From positions 43,586,001 through 43,650,000 of the forward strand of contig OX597829.1 in NCBI GenBank assembly GCA_951406725.2: DNA of 64,000 nt. Direction: 5' to 3'. A program made the translations under genes and the position numbers. Positions 57,620 through 64,000 of this stretch are shown one piece after another (the first letter of the stretch is position 1; each line of letters opens with the position of its first letter). The notes beneath the pieces were generated by a model. That model saw only the letters and a program-made list of their open reading frames with translations, ran no database searches and was not told the origin of the DNA. The DNA comes from Octopus vulgaris (taxonomy: Eukaryota).

Positions 57620-58110
57620 ATTTTACTTGTTACAGTCACGAGACTGCGGTCATGCTGAGATGCACAGCTTTGAAGGGCTTAGTCAAATAAATTGAACCCA
57701 GTGATTCTTTTCTGGGTTTAGAAGCCTGGTACTTATTTGTACTATCGGACGTTTTTTTTTTTTACCGAACCACTAAGATACTGGAGCCTAAAGAAATCAG
57801 CACCAGTTGTCGAGTGGATGACTGGGGACAAACACACACACAGACACGCACACACGTACACACACACATGCACACGCACACACAACCCGCACACCACATA
57901 TGTATGTGTGTATATATATATACATATATATTCGCATACACACACACACACATGCACACACATATACTTCTTTCAGTATATGCTTATCAAACCCACTCAC
58001 AAGGTTTTGGTCGGCCCAAGGCACTTGCTCAAGGTACCATGCAATGGGTCTGAACCCAGAACCATGTGGCTGGAAAGCAAGCTTCTAACCACTCAGACAC
58101 ACATGCTCCT
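57620..58110 (-). mobile_element. SINE family A, old and diverged
   Basis: Degenerate match along the full length. Confidence 0.7.
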
Positions 58111-59006
58111 ATATGCTTATATATATATGTGCATATAAATAATACACACATACATACATACATATATGCATGCATACATACATACATACATACATACACA
58201 CACACACATATATAAATAAATGTATGTATGTATGTATGTATGTATGTATGTATGTATGCATGTATGTACGTATGTATGTATGTACATATACCCATAGATC
58301 TTCCGAAGAACGGAAACGTGAGACTTGCAGAAACGACTTTTGAAGTTTTCAATTTCCAGGTCGCCAATGTACAAAAATAACTCTACTTAGACCCCTCCCC
58401 TCATTCCACTCTTTTATTCGAATTGATTCTCCCCGTGTACCCATTGCCAAAGTTGACACACAACAAAGTCACATACACGCGCATACACACATGCATACGG
58501 AAACACACACGTGTGGGTTCGTGTCTTTTGTGCATGCACACACAGACACACACACACACACACATGTATGTGTGTATTTGTGCCTGTCTGTGTGTGTGTG
58601 TGTGTATACCCACTGACAGAGGGTCAATTGATAAGCTCTCAGACACTTAGTACAAAGCCACTGAAATCCGCCATGCGGCGCGTTGTTAGTACGGTGAATG
58701 GGCAAGGCGGTAATTAAAAGCTAACCATCGTAAAAGGCCATTGTCACAGAAACCATACAACACGCACCGTTTCGGCACCGTCTCCGCCCACTTTGCTCCT
58801 TCCAATTCTGACTGGAGCTACTCTCCTTTTTTCTTGTTATTTTTTTATTATATTTTTTTTGTGGGCTTTATTTTTTTCTTTTTCTCACAACTAATTCACA
58901 CGCATGCGCGCGCGCGTTAAACTCGCATATGTATATGCTATGTATATACATACATATGAATATATGTATATACATATACATATGTATATTTGAATATATG
59001 TATATG

Positions 59007-59139
<133 letters not shown>

Positions 59140-59423
59140 GCATATATGTATACATATACATATATGCATATATGTATACATATATATATATACACATATG
59201 AATATGTATGTATATATGTACATATAAGTAAATACACACACATATTTACTGTGTTTGTGTCTGTATACACTGATATATAAAATTTTATTTCATTCATTAT
59301 ATATTAAATACACACACACACACACACAGACATACATACATTCATACATAGACATACATATATGCATACATACATACATACATACATACATACATACATA
59401 CATACATACATACATACATACAT

Positions 59424-59508
<85 letters not shown>

Positions 59509-59882
59509 AAAAAGGTGTATGTCTTGTTCGTATTTTCTGTATTTAACTTTTAGTTAAATCGTTGTCTTTTTCGCCTCATCTCGTTTTATGTTTTGTGTTC
59601 CATTCGGATATTCCCCCTTCTCCCTCTCTCCCTTTCTCCCTCTCTCCCTCTCCTCTCACCCTCTCTTCTCTCTCTCTCTATTTCCTCCTCGGTCTTGTTC
59701 TTTTCGTCCCCCCTCTCCTTTTCTCCTAACAGGTGCAATTTCTCTCAGCATGTTCGCATTGCACTCCCTTCTCTGTTACATTCTGCGTTCTTGCTTTGTT
59801 GTCGCCAATGATATCGCCATTGTAGAACTAATTATTGTTACATTATAGTTCTTGTTATTGGTGATTGCGTTTTTTTATTATT

Positions 59883-59917
<35 letters not shown>

Positions 59918-60074
59918 CGTATATTCCTTCCAATTTTATAATTCTTCCATTACTGCTTAGTTTGGCGATCCTGCTAACATCTAGACAAATTATACACAAC
60001 ATGGTCCAGTTTGATCGCTAGTGGCCCATAGCGACATTTTAAAGGTCCGCATGGTTCAAATACGATTTGTTTAT

Positions 60075-60470
60075 TCATTTCCTTGTTTCCGTCACTTCAG
60101 TGCGGCCATGCCGGAGCACTACCTTAAGGAGTTTTAGTCGAACAAATCGACCACAGAACGTATTCTTTGTAAGCCTAGTACTTATTCTATCGGTCCCTTT
60201 TGCCGAACTGCTAAGTTACGGGGTCGTAAACACACCAAATTCGGTTGTCAAGTGATGGTAGAGAAGGGGACAAGCTCAGATACAAACACACAAATATATA
60301 TTTGTATATGCATATATACAACGCGCTTCTTTCAGTTTCCGTCTGCCAAATCCACTCACAAGGCTTTGGTCGGTCTGAGGCTATATGGTAGAAGACACTT
60401 GCCCAAGATTCCAGGCAGTGGGACTGAACCCGGAACCATATGGTTGTGAAGCAAGCTCCTTACCAAACTT
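60075..60470 (-). mobile_element. SINE family A, diverged
   Basis: Match along nearly the full length. Confidence 0.82.
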
Positions 60471-60540
60471 TTTATAAATCAGCTTCTCTGAAAAAACTTG
60501 GGTAGATTAACATCTTACTATTTTTCTATTCAGTAGCCTA

Positions 60541-60571
<31 letters not shown>

Positions 60572-60960
60572 CGTCCAGACACAACATCATGTGCAGTATG
60601 TATCTCTCACGCCAATATTATTTTGTAAGCTGCATGTCTCCTGTCAGCATCTACGTACCGAATCTGTCCAATCAACATCTAAAACGCAATAAATGTAAAA
60701 AAAAAAAATTGTCCTGTCAGTACAAACAAACCTTATCTTTCAAGCCAATATCTATCTATACAGTGTCTCAGTCCAGTTAAAATATATGTATGCAGACCGG
60801 GTATACAGTATCTATCAAGTTAATAACCTTGTGCTATATTTCCATCAAGTCAATATCTGTATACTATGTTTGATATGTCAAGGTTTATAGCCTGCATCTT
60901 TTCAATCAATATCTAAAGTCTACTGTACCTATCCTATTAGATTAGAGCCTACACACACAC

Positions 60961-61029
<69 letters not shown>

Positions 61030-61106
61030 ATATAAATGTGTGTGTGTGTACCGTTGGCGATTTTTTTTCCTCTGTCTTTCCTTCTCTGGATCTTTCCTTC
61101 TCCTAT

Positions 61107-61141
61107 GTTTCCGACGATGAGTTCCGCTCGAAACGTTAAAC
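61107..61141 (+). ncRNA. Minimal hammerhead-like motif (CCGACGA core variant)
   Basis: GTTT-CCGACGA-T-GAG-TTCCG-CTC-GAAAC-GTT-AAAC within a repeat whose downstream part recurs at 35625-35718. Confidence 0.55.
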
Positions 61142-61284
61142 CCTCCTTCTTTCCTTCTTTCCTGAGCGTCCAATAATACTATATTTGTTCCACGTCCTCG
61201 CGTTGTTGTGTTTTTTTTTTGTGCTTTCATGTTTGGATTAACTATATATATATATATAACTAATATATATATATATATATAACT

Positions 61285-61655
61285 TTTACTCTTCTACTCA
61301 ATTGTTCTAGTCATTAGACTGTGACCATGCTGGGGCACCGCCTTGAAGAATTTTCTTCGAATGAATCGATCTAAGTACTTTAATTTTTTTTTAAAGCATA
61401 TTCTATAGGGCATCTTTTGCCGAACCGCTATTTTGCAGGTATATAAACACACCAACTCCAGTTGTCAAGCGGTGGTTGGGGCCAAACACAGTTACAGACA
61501 ACTAGTGTTGGCGTGTTTGCGTCTTAACAATTCGGCAAAAGAAATCGACTGAATAAACTAGGCTTAAAAAAATGTCTTGGGTTCGATTTCTTCAACTAAA
61601 ACCCTTCAGAGCGGTGCCTCAGCATGGCCGCAGTTAAAAGAAAAGCAAAGAAAAA
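61285..61655. mobile_element. Two SINE family A 3' halves in opposite orientation
   Basis: Minus-strand tail half at 61285-61495 abuts a plus-strand tail half at about 61500-61655. Confidence 0.7.
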
Positions 61656-61792
61656 AGAAATCTCACCTTAGTCCCTTTAATATAGGTGTTTCCAAGCTAT
61701 TTACTTTGCAGTGTATTTATATGTTTGAATGGTATAATCTAATGTAAAACTCTATGAATATTTTCAAATGTTTTTTCCATTTTTTTTTCCAG

Positions 61793-63159
61793 AGTACAGA
61801 TGTCTTGAAGTCGATAATCCGTCACCTAAACCCACAAGTTCTCCAAGACCGTCTTCTACGACAGGTGTCACTGGAAGTGGATCAAGTATAAGTGGAGCTA
61901 GTAGTGTCAACAGTAATAAAGTTAATACGAATCACGATATCAGTTCGATTACAGATGGATCTCCCCCACATCCTATTCCAGCGCATACTGGTAGTGTTGT
62001 GGGGAGCTTGCCAAGCTATCTGTTACATCGACCCGCAGAACGGGCGATCAAAGAAGAAGTGCAGGTCGTAGACGATCACAGTAACACTACTAACTCCTTC
62101 CACCGTCATCACCACCACCAACAACAACACCACCATAATCACCATCACCGCCATCATCACCATCACAAGCGAAGCGACAGTGCTCATAGTAGTGATCAGG
62201 GTAGCTCTGCAGGAAAACATGACGTAGACCAAGGAGAAAGCAACAGTTCTAGAAATTCCTCTCCTCACAAACCTCACGTTGAAAAAGAACACACTTCTAC
62301 CGCGCACGAAGACAGAGAAAAACACCGATTGCACGAACGTCTTTATCCGGTGGCAGCCTTGTCACCAGGATCTGATATTGGTTCAAGTCCAACAAGAATC
62401 GAAAAAGAACAACGGAGTCCACCCAACGTTACAGTCATTCAACCATCTGTTAGTCACCCTATGTTCTCGTATCTCTACCCTCCGACAGGAGTCTATCCAA
62501 CTCATTCGGGCGCTCTACCTTACGTCGGTCACATGCTATTTAATAGCAACAATTCATTCCATCACAGCAGTCTGCCAATGCAATTCATGTCGTCCTCCTC
62601 TCCTGGCGATCTGAGCCATCTCTCATCAACACATGCACACCATGCATCCTCTAATATAATGTTGAATGCGCATATGCCTCTGCATGGGACTCCACTTCTA
62701 CCGCACACGTACTCCCTCACATCCTCTTTGGCTGGAGGTGGAATCCCTAGTGGACTTTCTCCGTTGACCGGACCTCATCTTGGATCTCTCTTGTCGTCAC
62801 GAACCAACCATCGTTTTTCGCCATATTCGGTACCTTTGACGAAAACCACGATGGTCACAAACACTTCCCCGTTAGCAGCGAGTGAGCTGCACTCTGGAAG
62901 TAGATTAGATGGAGACAGTAGCAGTATCACACCGGTCTGTACTGTTTCCAGTGCTACAGGTTTGTCCTCGCCGTCAAGAGGCTCTCCATCTTCCTTGAGG
63001 AGTCGCAGTCCGACTCAAATTCCAACGTCCTCTTCATCCTCATCTGCTGTTGTTGGGCCAACGACAAACCAAGGCAGTGAACTGCGAAATATCGAGCGTA
63101 TGTTAAATGGACTCGACAAAAAACCCGAAGCAGGAAGAAATGACGCAAATGATAAATGA
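61793..63159 (+). CDS. TBX2: Tbx2/3 terminal coding exon (Ser/His/Pro-rich C-terminal region)
   Basis: Polypyrimidine tract plus ccag acceptor; G+AG gives E in the frame of the 463-aa ORF. Contains HRFSPY and the C-terminal SELRNIERMLNGLD, both resembling conserved Tbx2/3 motifs (RFSPY; SELQSIQRLVSGL). Stop TGA at 63157-63159. Confidence 0.92.
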
Positions 63160-64000
63160 ACAACGCTGATATGGTTAATTAATAAATTAGATATCTATCA
63201 TCCTGAACAAACAAACAAACAAAAATTCTGGTTTGATACGAAATAATGAATAAACAAATATCAGCGAAAAGGAATAAATCAGTATGAAATAATTATTGAC
63301 TGCATCGATAATCAATATCTCTCGATCAAAGCAACGTGAGTAAAATAAACGAGAATTCCTAAAAAAAAAATTCCCACTTATATGCGCTTCATGCGCAGCC
63401 CATGGGGAATCTATCAAATCTGCCATGAAACAACATTTTTATCACATAGATGAACGGTATGTTTGCGTGAATGCATACATATAGACATACATACAATTAA
63501 AAAAAAAATATATATATATACACACATACATCCATATGTTAAGCATTGATTCATACAAACAAAAGAAAAAGGTTGACAGTACAAGTCTGTTTGAAATTGA
63601 AGTAAAATTTGAAAAAAAAAAAGAAATTAAGGAATCAAAACACTATGATTGAAAAGGGGAAAACGTCTTTTTTTTTCTTTTTAAAGAAATGATACTTTAT
63701 AAGAATTAAACAAAATACCAAATTGTCTCACTTCCTATGGTAAACGGAAGCTGTTCTCCTGACAAATCACCTGATGACAATGTTAAAAGTTGATGATGAT
63801 GATGAGGATGATAAAGAAGAGAAGATGTTGAAAGGCTTTTTTTTTTTTTTTTTTAAGGATGCCGCTACCTGTTGAGTTGCTACCATTGTCTTTTTAATCG
63901 TGTTCTTATTGTTGAAGAAATAAAAAAAAACTAGTGACACTGTAAACGCTATTTGAACCCAAAACTCTCACCTACAAGAAGATGAAAATAAATTAAATCG
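63160..64000 (+). other. Probable Tbx2/3 3' UTR with several candidate AATAAA signals
   Basis: Follows the stop codon, lacks SINEs, and has AATAAA at about 63181, 63273, 63343, 63918 and 63987. The site actually used cannot be determined. Confidence 0.55.

Noticed and set aside
61768-61792. ATG start of the 463-aa ORF as an independent gene
   Set aside because: MFFPFFFP is the translated polypyrimidine tract; the ORF is the spliced last exon of Tbx2/3.

Overview
AT-rich, microsatellite-saturated eukaryotic DNA; the repeat content suggests a coleoid cephalopod, probably Octopus (inference). The only host gene I can support is the 3' part of a + strand T-box transcription factor of the Tbx2/3 (omb) subfamily. 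Four coding exons (38616-38762, 52361-52437, 56011-56162, 61793-63159) splice in frame with GT-AG boundaries to give 580 aa. I found no upstream T-box exons, so 1-38615 is probably one intron longer than 38 kb. The introns hold at least four tRNA-type SINE families, CR1- and Dong/R4-like LINE ends, a complete non-autonomous Helitron, a piggyBac-type MITE and many simple repeats. The most notable non-coding signal is a set of about nine sequence-diverse minimal type-I hammerhead ribozyme motifs, concentrated at 32-43 kb. Most lie in (TA)n-embedded islands, several inside long fold-back inverted repeats, as expected for Penelope-like or retrozyme-like elements, and several lie on the Tbx2/3 sense strand. 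The 46.3-48.7 kb region looks like an assembly artefact (a noisy duplicate of 49.0-50.5 kb). Almost all ORF-track entries are translations of microsatellites or SINEs. All structures were read by eye; no searches or folding programs were run.
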